Origin: Lytechinus pictus
Lineage: Eukaryota
Length of the DNA stretch: 60,000 nt
NCBI RefSeq assembly: GCF_037042905.1
Contig: NC_087251.1
Span: 26,600,001-26,660,000 of the forward strand
Direction of reading: 5' to 3'
Position 1 is the stretch's first letter, and each line of letters opens with the position of its first letter. Positions 1 through 13,396 of this stretch are shown piece after piece. The notes beneath the pieces are model-generated. The model had not been told where the DNA came from and made no database searches. It saw only the letters and a list, made by a program, of their open reading frames with translations. Made by a program: the position numbers and the translations under genes.

Positions 1-2400
1 AATTGATAACCTGTTTGACTATTTGAATTCTAGATCATCTAGGGCTAGCCAAGACCATTATCCATAAAATGCTTTGTTTCACAAACCCAAAGTACGAACA
101 CTGTTTGCTGTTGTGTGTACTGGATATAGTCACTTTGAAATATCCTCCTCTTTAAAGTGAGATTTAGTAGAAGAATTTGAACACATTTCCATCTCATCAC
201 TGCGGCGAATCAGTGAATTTAATAGAGAAGACGTTTGATTAATTTTGACTTCTAAAAGGAATTTAAAATATGATGAAGCATCCTAAGGTCTTAGATGAAC
301 GATATTTGCTGCAAGGCTACAAAAGAGTAACAAGCAACTCATCACCAAAACTCAGAAGAGATGCTCCCTCAGAAAATGATAACAATTAACACAAAATGAC
401 ATAGCTGTGGCACTCTCTCTATTCGCCAGAGGAAAGTAGCCATCAACAAATTTGCAGACAGTAGCAAGCAAAAAGTACGGTTGAGAAGAAAGAATAAGGG
501 AAAAAAAACAAGCTGGAGGACCTGCTGACTAAGCTAGCTGCATTGCCAGGTCTCATCCCTTCAGCGAATCAGTGAACAGCAGCAGTGAACTTAATAGAGA
601 AGACGTTTAATTCATTTTGGCTTCTAAAAGGAATTGAAAACATGACGAAGCATCCTAAGGTCTTTATATTTGCTGCAAGGCTACAAAAGAGCAACTAGCA
701 ACTCACCAAAACTCAGTTGGAAGAGATTCTCCCTCAGAAAATGATTATAATGAACACAAAATAACATAGCTGTGGCACTCTCATTATTTGCCAGAGGAAA
801 GAAGCCATCAACAAATTTGCCGACAGTAGCAAGCAAAAAGTACGGTTGACAAGAAAGAATGAGAAGGAAAAAAAAACAAGCTGGAGGACCTGCTGACTAA
901 GCTAGCTGCATTGCCAGGTGATGAAACATTGTCTGTGGGAGATGCAGTCTCAGGAAATGTCCCATGGCACTCTGATGGTCTTTCAACACCATCTCTGCCA
1001 TTTGGGGAGAAAAAGAAGATGGCGCATCTTTGGACACTAAGCAAAAGATATGAGGAGGCGGAATACCAATCGTGGGCAGAAATGAAAGGGGTGCTGTAGC
1101 ACTATCAGGAGAGGATTGCTTCATTACAGGAAGAAAAGTCATCAGAACATAACATTATATTCTTATCAGAATCAAAAGGTTCAAATATTTCACAGGCTTC
1201 AGGATGGCATGGAATGGTTAAATCATTTCTTGAGGCGATTTCAGCAAGCATAGTCTATAGTGATTACCAAGAAGCTGACACAGGCGATAAACAAAATTGA
1301 ATATCACAAGATGACAAGTATAACAGGCCTATTATGGGATATGTGCCACCAATGCTTTGGGGTGAATTTTTTTAAGGAAAAGAAGGATACTGAATCAGAT
1401 GTCATGAATTACACGTTCAGAAATGGGACATTTGTCTCTAATAAACTTAAAAGACACAACATGATGCTTTGAAGAGTACTATTTGAAGGAAAATGATACT
1501 AAAAGAGGTCATGTGATGCAGAATTGGACGTGGAGGAGATAAAGGCGGAAGAGTAAGGCAGAGGAGAAAGAGGTAAAAACAGAGGAAATGGAGACCGGCT
1601 GATTACTCATGATACATGTAATAAAGAAAGTAATATGATTATTTTAAAGAAGATGGCTCAGATGGTGGAAAGGGGGATACAGGAACAAGAGGAAACTCTT
1701 GGGAGAATGAATGGATAAAGGCAGGTGATAGAAGCAGCATATGAAGAGCCAGAGGAGATGTAAATATGTGATAATAAATTATGCAAAGAAAGAAAATCAA
1801 AGTGGATGATAGTGAAGCAGGTAAATTTTGGAAAATTTGGGATACCTCCCCCCCCCCCGTCGCAAATCAGGCTCAAGTTACGCAGTGTGGCATCCCAATG
1901 GAACATCCATTGGGATACTCTTTTTCAGCTAATGGTATCAGAGCAGGTCTACTGGAGAGGATCATAAAAGATTGCTTATCAAATATTATAACAATTGGGT
2001 TGTATCCCATTTGTCTTGTTTGCATAGGACCCAATAACAGGTTGCTGTTCAGAATTGAATGACAAAAGAGATTACATCATTTGATTATCAAAATCATGAT
2101 ACTTTATATGTACATATGATGTACATCTCATGAAGAGTACACAAAATAATCTCATGAAATTGGCCCAATATCAAGTCTTTTATTTTAATACAAAGACCAA
2201 ACTCTCAATTTGTTCTAAAGATGACAAAGAGTCACTTCAAGATATCATCATTCAGTAAGATGAGAGTTCTCTTGCAGTTCATGTACTCAGCAGGACTGTG
2301 GTAGCAGGAATTTGAGCACATAGTTCTCTAAGAAGTCTCTCTCTGGAAACTGAAAATACAGCAGATTTTTGTGCAGAAATGCAAAACTGTTTGACTCTTT
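1..2400 (+). pseudogene. Decayed transposase-like relic, resembling the C-terminal region of KDZ/Zisupton transposases, possibly followed by a Ulp1-like protease remnant
   Basis: Stop- and frameshift-ridden + strand frames read ...AINKFADSSKQKVRLRRKNKGKKNKLEDLL...GNVPW...KKKMAHLWTLSKRYEEAEYQSWAEMK, recalling the Zisupton C-terminal pattern from memory. Near 2250-2290 'Q*DESS(L)(A)VHVL' resembles the C48 'QxDxxSCGVxV' motif. No search was run. Confidence 0.3.
191..918. repeat. Tandem duplication, two diverged ~360-bp copies (~191-549 and ~550-918)
   Basis: Both copies run from 'tctcatc..gcgaatcagtgaa..taatagagaagacgttt' to 'aacaagctggaggacctgctgactaagctagctgcattgccaggt'. Confidence 0.9.
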
Positions 2401-4357
2401 GAATTTGAGACCATCAAGGGCCCATTGAGACTGAAGGAGAGTAGCAAGAGAAGGTTATAGCCAAATGAAAAGGTTTAAATACATGAAATAATAAAAAAAT
2501 ATTACTGTACTGTACATCAAAAGGGAACTTAAAAAAAACAACAACACATTTTAGTGTGACTTTGTTAGAGGTCAAATCACTGTCGAAGAGCAGCAAGAGA
2601 AGGTTCTTTCCATTTGATGCTGTAGAAAGAAATGATTGCCTGGTTAAAAAGCTGGAAAGTTGAAAAATTAACATTCTTAGATGGCTGGATTATCACAATA
2701 CATCAGTCATTCATCTCAGGGAGCTTTAAAAGGAGAAGGCTGGTTTCAGTTATCTATTTTTAAACAGATTAAACCAAGATTGGATAGAGAATCTTTTTTT
2801 TCTTCACAGGATCGTGCCAAAGGAGGAGACAGAGACAAACCTTCAGTGTATCATGTTCTAGCTATTTTTAAATGTGTCATGGTTGATATGCTCATGATAC
2901 CTGTTGGTGCTCAAAATTGCTTGCAGAATTTTTTATTAGACTAAAGAGACTAATCACATTAACATTTCGCTTCACTGAATTTACTACAAAACATTGCCGG
3001 GTTTCAGGACAAGCAACCATTTGACTGAGGCAACATTTGCTAAGAAAAATAGAGATCAATCAACATTATCGTATGTAGTTGGATTTTTTATAGTAAAAAT
3101 ATACCCAAAACATCAATGCGAGTATTGTTATTAAAGAATAGGTTTTAAAAAGAATGTTATGTAACAATTAAGAGATTTATTAATTTATTCCAAGACATGA
3201 TGCATTGATGCATGCAAGTTTAGAGAGCTCTCTATCCCAACAGATCTCTTTCTCTTACGGGCACTACACATACAAGAGAGAGTAGTACCTGTCATGAGCA
3301 GGTTTATCTAGGGCATGAGTGTAATGACCAATATCAAGCAGTATGGAACGTTTTCAAAATAAAAATCACTATGATTGTAATAATATAGGGCAGTGAAGTT
3401 GTACCTGTGGCTGGGCCTATATTATTAACGCCCACTAATGTGTAAATACCCTTGATCGACATCAAGTTCTGGAAGTGAAAGAATATATGCTGCTTGCCTC
3501 GGATTCTGCCTCAAAACCAACTCAACAACAACAAACACCACATTTCAAAATAAAGATAGGTAGATTCTACTAAGTCAAGGGTGTAAGCCATCACAGTGAT
3601 TTTAAATAATCTTATTAGTTTTGCAGCAGCAACTCTGTAGTATAGAGATGGTATTGGAAAGACAATACATCTAATGAGTGGGAGGTACTTAAGCCTAAGT
3701 TTTCACTTGTAGACATTAGCCGAGCAAAGGGTAAGGAACAAGAATACACCTGTACTGAAATTGAATGGTTGGCCACTATTAAAGCATTTCCAATGTATTT
3801 GTTTTCCATGGCCAAAAGATGGTTCAAACCACATGTAGTTTTGATAGCCCTCAAAATAAAGAGCCTAAAACTTGAGAAGCATCCAATGAAATGACAATAG
3901 TAGCCACCAATATATTCCCCTCAAGGAGTAGTGCAGTATGGAGTGTGGTCATGGAAATTCAGCAATGCACTCATACCCCTACCATTCAAATGATTTCTTG
4001 TGAAGGATGATTTCATGTCTTTACTGATGGATGACTTTAGGGTGGCCATCATCATTTCTCACAAATTGATTACAACACTAGTAAAAATCTTGCATAACAT
4101 TTTATAGCTCATTAATATAATGACTATGCGTTACATTCTTCTCTGTTCAGACCTTGACTCGAGCATTGTATTGCCGGACTTCCAAGGTATCCATTGCATG
4201 CAGTCCAGTTGTCTATCACCATCCTAAGGAATGACCTCAGTGTGACCTGCAGCATTGAGCGACCTTCGACCTCCAGTAGATTATTATATTGCAAATGACA
4301 TGTAACTTTTTTGCTGGTTGTTGATCTCTGGATGGTTGGTTCCTTAAAACTATTAAC

Positions 4358-4588
4358 CTACCCGTTACCTTGTACACCTCCATTGAACTGCTTGATTTCA
4401 GAGTTACCTTTAGTACAGTCCCATTGCTTGACTTCTGTGTGACCATTTATTTCAGTACTGTGGTTAACTTCCAAGTGAACTCTGTCACTGATATGATGGC
4501 TGATCTTAGGGTGCCCTCTCTTGGTAAGTGTTATCTTCAGGGGGTAGTGGATATCCTCATCAAAGACCTCCTTTCCTTTGGCTTTGGC
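4358..4588 (-). CDS. CAMKMT: CAMKMT coding exon 11 (last, with TAG stop)
   Basis: AG acceptor at 4589-4590; AKAKGKEVFDEDIHYPLKITLTKRG...GNG* matches the human end 'YEENLHYPLLLILTK', then extends. Confidence 0.9.
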   Translation of the reverse strand, partial: AKAKGKEVFDEDIHYPLKITLTKRGHPKISHHISDRVHLEVNHSTEINGHTEVKQWDCTKGNSEIKQFNGGVQGNG

Positions 4589-5095
4589 CTATATTATAAA
4601 CCAATTTAAAAAAAAACCTCAACATCATGAATCTAAAAATGAAATTCCTTAAGACAAACACAATGTAATGTGGTCTATATTCATATAGCTAAAATGACAC
4701 TTCTGCTGAGGGTAAAAAGGGTTAACACTTAATACAATGTTGCTTTTGATCATTAAAAAAATTGTTTGAATAAAATTTGTCATAACTGACTTTAAACAAG
4801 TTTTCAAACCACTGGCATAAAACACCAAGTGATTTGAAATAAGATGTCAGTGCTGGTGTTTTGGTTGAAAGTCAAATTTAGATTACATTCCTAGCTCCAA
4901 AGCCTAATCTTATTTTACAAAAAAGATCCAACTAGCGAGATTAATCCCAGGACCAGCGTCAATCAAGTTTGGTGCAATGCACATGTAAAAATTAACCCAA
5001 CATCAAAATCAAAAGGTCAACACTGAAAAGTGAAACCACCACTGCCTCACCTGTTTTGATGTGCGCTAGATTAATGATTGCACCTACAGGATATA

Positions 5096-6870
5096 GGACA
5101 AGGCGGGGTAAGTTGAGCCGCCACCCCAGGCCGATAATGAATGAGTCAGACATTGTGGTGGTGCCATATATTGATGACCCATTGCATAACCCCTAACCCC
5201 ACATTGTTTTCAACGTAATTTTTCAAAGGGAAAATACAAATTTCAGTAAAAAAGGTGTGAAATAGATTAAGCGCTTTTTACCTACATGCATCTTTGAATA
5301 TAATAAGGGTATAACAATTTGGTTAGTCCAGGTATGGATCCTCATTCTTGTCAGTCTTTTACAAGATGGATGCATACAAAATGTGTGGATGTGAAAATAT
5401 AACATTAAGTTCGGACTGGGGTAGGTTAAGCCAGCCAACATGGGGCAAGTTGAGCCATGGTAATTCATATGGTAATGTATATAAGAACAAGTGGAACGCC
5501 TCTGGCAGTCTCGCCTGCATTACGCGATTTAATATAGCAGCAGTGCTAACTTTGAAAACTACTATAAAATAATCATTCACAAAAACACCATTCATATAAT
5601 GACATAATACCACGTTCATTGACCATAAATGACATTTGAACGGTGACTTAAGACTTGTCAACTACACCTATGTCCACATTTCATTCACTCTTTCTATAAA
5701 CTTTCAAAGTTATGATGGCAATTCAGCAATTACCCCAACATGGCCTAAGTTTATTGACCTTAACTGACCTTTGACCTTGGTTTTGTGACCTGAAACTCAC
5801 AGGGGATGTTCAGTGATACTTGATTACTCTTATATCCCAAGTTTTATGAACTAGATCCATAAACTTTCAGAGTTATGATGGTAATTCAACAAATACCCCC
5901 AACTTGGCCAAAGTTCATTGACCCTAAATGACCTTTGACCTTGGTCATGTGACCTGAAACTCAGGCAGGATGTTCACTAATACTTGATTAACTTTATGTC
6001 CAAGTTTCATGAACTAGATCCATAAATTTTCAAAGTTAAGATAGTAATTCAACAAATACCCCCAACTTGACCAAAGTTCATTGACCCTAAATGACCTTGG
6101 TCACGTGACCTGAAACTCGAGCAGGATTTTCACTTATACTTGATAAACCTTATGCCCAAGTTTCATGAACTAGGTCCATATACTTTCTAAGTTATGATGT
6201 CATTTCAAAAACTTAACCTTCGGTTAAGATTTTGAAAATAATTCTCCCAACATGGTCAAAGTTCATTGAACCTAAATGACCTTTGACCTTGGTCATGTGA
6301 CCTGAAAGTCAGGCAGGATGTTCAGTAATACTTGATTAACCTTATGTCCAAGTTTCATGAACTAGGTCCATAGACTTTCTAAGTTATGATGTCATTTCAA
6401 AAACTTAACCTTAGGTTAAGATTTGATGTTGACGCCGCCGCCGTCGGAAAAGCGGCGTCTATAGTCTCGCTCTGCTATGCAGGCGAGACAAAAACCCTTA
6501 AAAAGCCATTGATATCCAGGCAGAAAAGACCAAATTCACAAGACAGTTGTTTTACTTTTGGAGGATGTTAGCATTTATCAAGAATTAGCAAGTAAAAATT
6601 GTCATGCTGGTGTTTGTCCTATACCTTTTGTGGCACAACTTACCCCAGAAGGTGGCTCAACTTACCACAAGGGAAGTGCAAGTTGAGCCATTTGACATCT
6701 TTTTTTCCAAAGGTCACATTGACTTTCAGTGTGGGGGTAGAATGTTATATATAGGTAATAACATGTTTCCCAAGAATTGAATTTTAAGGCAAAGTACTTA
6801 TTTCTACAAGATTATTAATCATATCAGTTCTAACATGCACAAAAATGGCTCATCTTACCCCGTCTTCCCC
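5096..6870. mobile_element. Non-autonomous TA-flanked Tc1/mariner(pogo)-type element carrying a nested insertion
   Basis: Ends ta|ggacaaggcggggtaagttgagcc ... ggctcatcttaccccgtcttcccc|ta; internal repeats of 'aagttgagcca'. Confidence 0.7.
5486..6494. mobile_element. Helentron-associated (HINE/pearl/Tsp-like) non-autonomous element with internal ~162-bp tandem repeats
   Basis: Starts aacaag; subterminal IR gtctcgcctgcat (5508-5520) vs atgcaggcgagac (6477-6489); terminal hairpin 6464-6489; about 4 units of 'atgacctttgaccttggtcatgtgacctgaaact...'; ends in an A-run. Confidence 0.65.
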
Positions 6871-6881
6871 TATCCACTGAC

Positions 6882-7010
6882 CTGTTGAAATACACTCCAA
6901 ACTGTAGGATCATAATTATCTTCTATGGCGAGATCAAATCTAGACTTTGCCTGCTGACAAAACTTCTCCAGTGTACGGTTCCTACATGGAGCAAATATTA
7001 TGACTTTGCC
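6882..7010 (-). CDS. CAMKMT: CAMKMT coding exon 10
   Basis: GKVIIFAPCRNRTLEKFCQQAKSRFDLAIEDNYDPTVWSVFQQ vs human GKAMVFAPRRGNTLNQFC...ENYD; 129 nt, AG/GT. Confidence 0.92.
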
Positions 7011-7260
7011 CTGTCAAAAAAAGTTCAATGGTAAAAGTTCATTTCCACATTTCCATAAGATCAAAAAATTAACAAATTGAAAAAAAGAAAAGATAAAATC
7101 AAACAGCATTGAAAAGTTAGGCCAATGCAATTGGGAAAACTGAAATATAAAGATGTACATGTATAACAAAGTTCATTTCTCAATTAAAAAAAAATGTATA
7201 ATTTAATCTGTTAAATGTTATTCTTACATGCATCCATGGCCTGAGTTTTAATTTGGTTCA

Positions 7261-7769
7261 ACCCCCGTCACACTAGAGGCGGAATGAGCCGGAATGCCGT
7301 CGGAATGAAAATTCTTGGTACAATCCTGGATATTCGAAGCGCATTCTAAAAATTCTGACTGCATTCTGAGTGCATTCCAGACATTCGGGTCAATTCTTGT
7401 GACCGGCCCGAATGTTTTGCTCATGTTCAAAACTTTCGAAGTGCATTCGAAGTGGAGAAATATCGAACGACATTCAAAGTGCATTCTGACTGCTCTCTGA
7501 CTGCATTCTAAATATTCTTGCAGCATTCTAACAGTATTCTTCCTGTGTTCCGACTGTATTCGAGCTGCATTCGACAGTCTATACACCCGGAATGTGCAAG
7601 AATCATTAGAGGCGGGATCAAAGGACGTTCGAAGTATTCGAACGACATTTTTTCGCAAAAGTAGTGAAAATTTCAAATTCCCTCCCGAATGTGGCACGAA
7701 TTTTGAAAGTTCTTCATTCCGGCTGGTTCTGCTCGATTCCTGCTGATTCCGAATAAGTGTGACGGGGGT
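7261..7769. mobile_element. MITE (probably PIF/Harbinger-like), rich in gcattc/gaatgc motifs
   Basis: TIR acccccgtcacact ... agtgtgacgggggt. Confidence 0.65.
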
Positions 7770-8143
7770 ATTCAATAAATGGGTCCTTCAGATATCACAT
7801 GAGCGAGACATTTTCATTTATACACTGGCCTTGTCACCCTCAAAATGAAATGCAATTAATTCCTAAGCTCTGTGTCATGAAACTTTGCAGAATCCATGAT
7901 GAAAGGGTTCTTTTTTTGCAATTATATCTGATATTTTTGCCCTAGAATCTGTATTTTGGAGACAAAATATACAAAAAGCCTTAAGAAAATCAAATCGCAT
8001 GAAAATACGCACTTCATAACAGTGAACAAAAGCTAGCCTATTTGACTATGCACTTTATCACTAGTATAGAGGCATAAATTACACATGGTTTTGAATTGTA
8101 AACAATGAACAATGATTGTCTTTAGGAAAAAAATAATACTTAC

Positions 8144-8207
8144 ATCAGAAGACAGGAGACAATGAATCGTGTCTACCAAATCTGACCTATACTGGTCAAA
8201 GAATAAA
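8144..8207 (-). CDS. CAMKMT: CAMKMT coding exon 9
   Basis: (C)LFFDQYRSDLVDTIHCLLSSD vs human CLFLDQYRASLVDAIKRLL; 64 nt, AG/GT. Confidence 0.93.
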
Positions 8208-9369
8208 CTGAAATAAAAGAAAAATATTCTGATGGTTTTAATTGTTATATGTTCAAAGACCTGCATTTTGTTGACACATTCACGGTGCATTAAACTAATA
8301 CTGAGGTTACTGAATGAAATGGGTCTCTTAGACCATGAACCCTACATGCTTAATCAAGAGAGATTTGTTAATATAGTTGAGTTTTAAAGAAACAAAGTAA
8401 TCCTTACACAATGTAGAATTAACAAACAAATAATCTAAAAATTTTAAGAATGTTTTCATAAGAGTTGTAAAATGCTGCTTCATGTAAAAAAATTCAATCA
8501 CAATATATATCAAATTTAACAATCAATGGAGAAAAGATTAACAAAACAAATACATTCAACTCCCACTCAACATAGGATAGCAGTATTAACATACACACCT
8601 GCCAACCATACATAAAGCTCATTTGCAAGCAAAATGAAGGTAAATTTTTTTTCCACATAAAGAAGCACAGAAAAAAAATTTAACACAAATTTTAAAAGGA
8701 AAGGTTATATTTTATTTTAATACTTCAAATTATGGAGTATATCTATATACTTCAATTAAATCTGATAGAACCCGACAGGCTTTTCCAGTGGAGGGACATG
8801 TATATTAAGGCTGAACCATCTGTTTGCTTCTCTCATTCTACCCTTACTGAAATAAGTAATTTTCATATCTTATTTTGTTATTTTAAATGAAAAATGTTTT
8901 TATCTATTAATGTTTCTTTTATCAAATCAAGGGGTGTAACATAAAAAAGGCACACTTTTCAATAACAATCAATTTTGTACATGGATACCCATTTTATTAG
9001 TTATGTTTTAATTGTACAATCGATTGTATCTACTGTTACATGTACATCCGCGAATCTGATAAAAATTTGCCTGCTGATATTGTGTATGCAAGTAGTGGGA
9101 GGTCTAACTATCTGTTTGCTTCTCTCAATCTAGCCTTCTTGAAATATGCTTTGGAAGGGAGTCAGAACGCTTGTCTGTCAACCATCTTGTTAAGGTATAA
9201 CAGATTAGATGAGCTTTGGTATGATAGCATCATCAACTACTAAGTAAACACAATATTCCACTACATGATAGAGTGTTCAATAACAATGCTTCTAGACTTG
9301 CTACATGACATTTAAAATGATATTCAGACTGGACTCTCAAATGTATTATGACAACTTTAAATTTCAAAC

Positions 9370-9945
9370 AGAGAGAATGAAAGAGAGATAAAAAAGGAGG
9401 GAGTGATAGAAAAATAAAGAGAAAACAAGCAGAAAGAAAAATAGAGAGAAAATAGCACAGGCAAAAAATGGAAATGAATGAAGAGAGCAAGGAAGATATA
9501 GAAAGAAAGGGTAAGGAGTTGAGAGAATGGCAATCAAAGAGAAATAGGCAGCAAATGAGCATGTAAAAGGGGAGAGAATAAAAGAGATAAGAGAGATGTA
9601 CAAGGAAGGAAAACAAATGAGAAAAATAATACATGTACATGTGTCATTCATGCAAAATGAAAAAAGGTGTATGTTTTTGTGAGATATCATAATATATCAA
9701 ATAAATTAAGTAGGAGGAAAGAAAAACAATGTTGGAAAGTTGAGAGTAATTAAGAGATAGTAATAGAAGGAAACGATCAAGAAAGGAAGAGAGTTAGAGG
9801 GAAGAGATCAAAAGGAGAGATCAAGAGAAAGATAGAGGGGAGAGATCGGGAGAAGAGAGATAAAGAGTGATAGAAAAAGAGGGGAGAGATCGAGAGTGTG
9901 AGAGAGAAGGAGGGAGTGGGAAAGAAGTGATGGGATGGCAGAGTG
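9370..9945. repeat. GA-rich polypurine low-complexity tract
   Basis: Long purine-biased runs; these account for the F/S/L-rich minus-strand ORFs. Confidence 0.8.
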
Positions 9946-10043
9946 CAGGAGCTGTACCACTGCACGGCTGGATGCAAATCACACAGACAAGAGTGTAATG
10001 TAGCATCAAGGTATGCATAGCTTGCATACCAAAGATTCCTTAC

Positions 10044-10118
10044 CAGTCTGCACAGAGGATGACATCTACACTATCTCTGAGGTCTATGTAGCTACACTCC
10101 TCGTTCCATCTCACATTT
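10044..10118 (-). CDS. CAMKMT: CAMKMT coding exon 8
   Basis: (R)NVRWNEECSYIDLRDSVDVILCAD(C) vs human VLRWDNE...FDIVMCADC; 75 nt. Confidence 0.93.
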
Positions 10119-10601
10119 CTACACATATCATATGATAAGAGAACAAAGTGTCAGGCACAGGTATTTAATGTCATAATTACTGCAATCAAGAAATTCTTCA
10201 AATTATTGTTTTTAAGGCTAATTCCCTATAGTAGTAATATCAATTTTGTTGTTATGACCCGAATGACATCATAGTTCAATTTTCATTCTCAACATCAACC
10301 ACTATGATTACATATATAGCTCAGTGAATTTAAGAGCTTAACCACCCCCCCCCCCGCTCTTTAAAATACCTATTACTAATGAAAACAAAGTAAAGGCAAA
10401 AAGTAGAGGGCACAGGATACAACAATATCTGAAGTGATAATGAAGAAATGTGAAGAGGTTTGAAAAATGGATTATAAAATTAAAGTAGGCTATAGATGCA
10501 AGACAATTTTCCCTTAAGATATTTCAGTAAATAAAGAAATAGCTACATCTAATAATAAAGAGAGGGTTTTTAACTTTAAAACAACGTGAATCAAATTTTA
10601 C

Positions 10602-10662
10602 CTGACATCAACTTGAGTATTTACAAATCTGTCCTTATTTTTCTCTACGATGACTTCTATAT
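10602..10662 (-). CDS. CAMKMT: CAMKMT coding exon 7
   Basis: (N)IEVIVEKNKDRFVNTQVDV(R); 61 nt, phases match both neighbours. Confidence 0.88.
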
Positions 10663-11100
10663 CTGGTTATATATTGAATTAAGGATCCATTCTTTTATTT
10701 CAAATACCATCTTATTCAAAAGTTAAATAATACATATAGCATACTATGCTGCATCATTTATAATCACTATTAATTAAAAGAAAAGGACTGACCTCATATT
10801 TGGTTTAATTTTTTGTGAGTCTTTTTAACAAAGTACACAATTCTTGAAAAAAAAAATGCACACATGTACCTCTGACAGATACTACATAATCAAACTAGGT
10901 TGGTTCTCAAATAAAAAAAATAAAAAAAAGAGAAAATGTATATTAATTATTTCAACCAAATTTTCTCCCATTCTTTTCATATCGTGTAAAATGTGTTAAA
11001 CTAAAAAGAAACAGTCCAATGTGTGTTTGCAAACATGAAATTTGCACATATTTTAATCACAATATCTCTACTTATCTTACAATCATAATGACAAGGATAC

Positions 11101-11164
11101 TTTTACAGGATAAATCATTTCCATCGGTAAGAATGACCCTTGTAGCATCTGAAGAACATGCAAC
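11101..11164 (-). CDS. CAMKMT: CAMKMT coding exon 6
   Basis: VACSSDATRVILTDGNDLSCK vs human VAISADVKEVLLTDGNEK; 64 nt. Confidence 0.93.
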
Positions 11165-12140
11165 CTGCAAACAAATAGCACATACATGTACATATGCATA
11201 GTCTTTTGCCATAAAGATTTTATGGTCACATAGTTGAAACTCATACTTTCATATTTAGTAAAAAAATAATAATTTCTGAGAGTGATGATTGCTCAATTGC
11301 ATCAATATGAAAAGAACATTAAACTTAAAAAAAAAACTTTTAATACATACTATTACAAAATATACAAGTAATCATTAAGATATTGACATACTCTTTAAAG
11401 CAATAAAAAAAAACTGTTGAGCTTAAAAATATCAAAAACCAAATGTGCTATTGAGGATTTCAATATATCACAATTCAGTTTGTCAAAAGAAATAACCAAG
11501 ATGCACTTTCTTATATTTTAAGGAAGAAAAATATTATGAATACATGTAAATATTCTTAAATTTTTGATCAAGAAATAAAGATAAAAGTAAGAATTGTACA
11601 TTTTTGTGGCAAGAAAGAACAGTTTTCTTGTTATCAATACCTACTCCAAACAACTTTGTTTTGCAACATTTACTTAGAGTGTACTATAAGTGTTTATTAT
11701 ATGGGCGATTCCATGCAATAAAAAGTATATTCTTGACAGTTTTCAAAGGAACAAATTACAGTATTCAAACTGTTCAATCTGAGTAAATCAGACACATTTA
11801 GCGTTCAGATACATACACAATTAATTTTTAGAAAATTTTCATGACTGTTAGGTAACAAAAATTTAGTTTTCTCTACAACTGTTCAATATTATCGTGTAAA
11901 ATATATTGTGTATCTAAATGAATGATGAATATATGTGATGATAATCTCAGCAAGAAGCCAAGAACTGTTTGAATACTGTTTGTTTTAAGTGTGATGCTTT
12001 GAACCTGTCTGAATGCAATATAATACATCTTTAAGCTGGAATTACCCATATTTGTTACAAAAAAAGTGGCAATGATAAGAATAAAACTCATCATGCAATC
12101 AATGAAGTATGAAAATGGATGAATTTATGAATGAACTCAC

Positions 12141-12195
12141 AGCAAGACCAGCCAAGCATGTCATGCCTCCTCCGAGCTCACAAACTGTTTTCTCT
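12141..12195 (-). CDS. CAMKMT: CAMKMT coding exon 5 (SAM-binding motif I)
   Basis: EKTVCELGGGMTCLAGLA; the core VCELGGGMTCLAGL matches human; 55 nt. Confidence 0.96.
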
Positions 12196-13396
12196 CTGAA
12201 AAATTAAAGCAATTTGAACATTGCACACAACAAAATAAAATGATGAATGAAATGGAATGTTGTCACGCAGTATCATACCATTTTCTTTGAGATGCTTCTG
12301 AAAGAATTAGTTGTAGGCATACATGTATGTGGCAAGATTTAAGGCATTTGATTTTAAATACTTTGTAGTGTAAGCAAGAATCAAATGCGAAGGGTAATAA
12401 CATATTTTATTGTGTGAATAAAATGGGACTGAGTGAATTTTAGAATATTAAGGTGAATGTTTCTTTGTTTCTAATGCCTATTTTGTTTTGTTGCAATTAA
12501 TCTCTTTTCCGACATAGATGAATAATTCTGTGTATTACACAACAGACATCTGCTGTTTACATTACAGCATTCTGGCTAGCCCAAGTTTACACTTATTCAA
12601 TCAAAACAATGCAATATTTTGTGGTATCGTGATACATATTCTGATGTGCATTGGTAATATTTCCATATTGGGAAACTGGGAAATGTAAGGTGTTGATAAC
12701 AGTCCTTTGAATTTCATTAGCATGACTACATTGAATTTGAAGCGAGGAATTTCAAATAAAGAATCTTGTGCTTGTGTTGTGCTATCAACACGTCACAACC
12801 ACTGGACATAATTTCATATGAAAGTAAAGCCTTTGGAGAATTTGAGACATGTCAAACTTTCAGAATGTTGTGAAAGTAAATTCTGCTCTTCATATAATAA
12901 ATAAATAAAGCAACTTCATAATATATATGATAAATCCATTGAGGACATGTGATCTTTGTCTGTGACAAAGAAAGTAAACTTTGACAAACAAATTCTTCAA
13001 ACCTACTCCTATTAAAGTGGCAAAGAGCACAGCACAGTTGAGATCCTGAACAATAATAATCAAGTTATAAGTAATTCTTTAATCTATCTTAAACAGAACA
13101 TTAAGGCACTCATGATGTGGATTCTTAGTTAGAATGATAGTGATAGTACATGGTAAGGAAAAAAGTCCTTCAAGGTCAAGACAAAACAAATGAGGTTTGT
13201 GAGATGGCCATTCTGAATCATTGGGAAATGTGGGAAGAGCGTTTGCTTTGAAAATCAATGTATCACTCAAATCCTCTAACAAACTACTGGTAAATGAACA
13301 TTTTAAATTATACAACTCCAAGAATGTTCTGTAATCTGATTGGTCCAAATCGGATCACATGATATTCAGCGAATTGCACTATTGCATCCAAAATGC

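Noticed and set aside
7248..7775. 175-aa minus-strand ORF
   Set aside because: Coincides with a repetitive MITE; no recognisable domain.
9233..10027. Hydrophobic F/L/S-rich ORFs (also 55368-55706)
   Set aside because: Translations of the complement of GA-rich low-complexity tracts.
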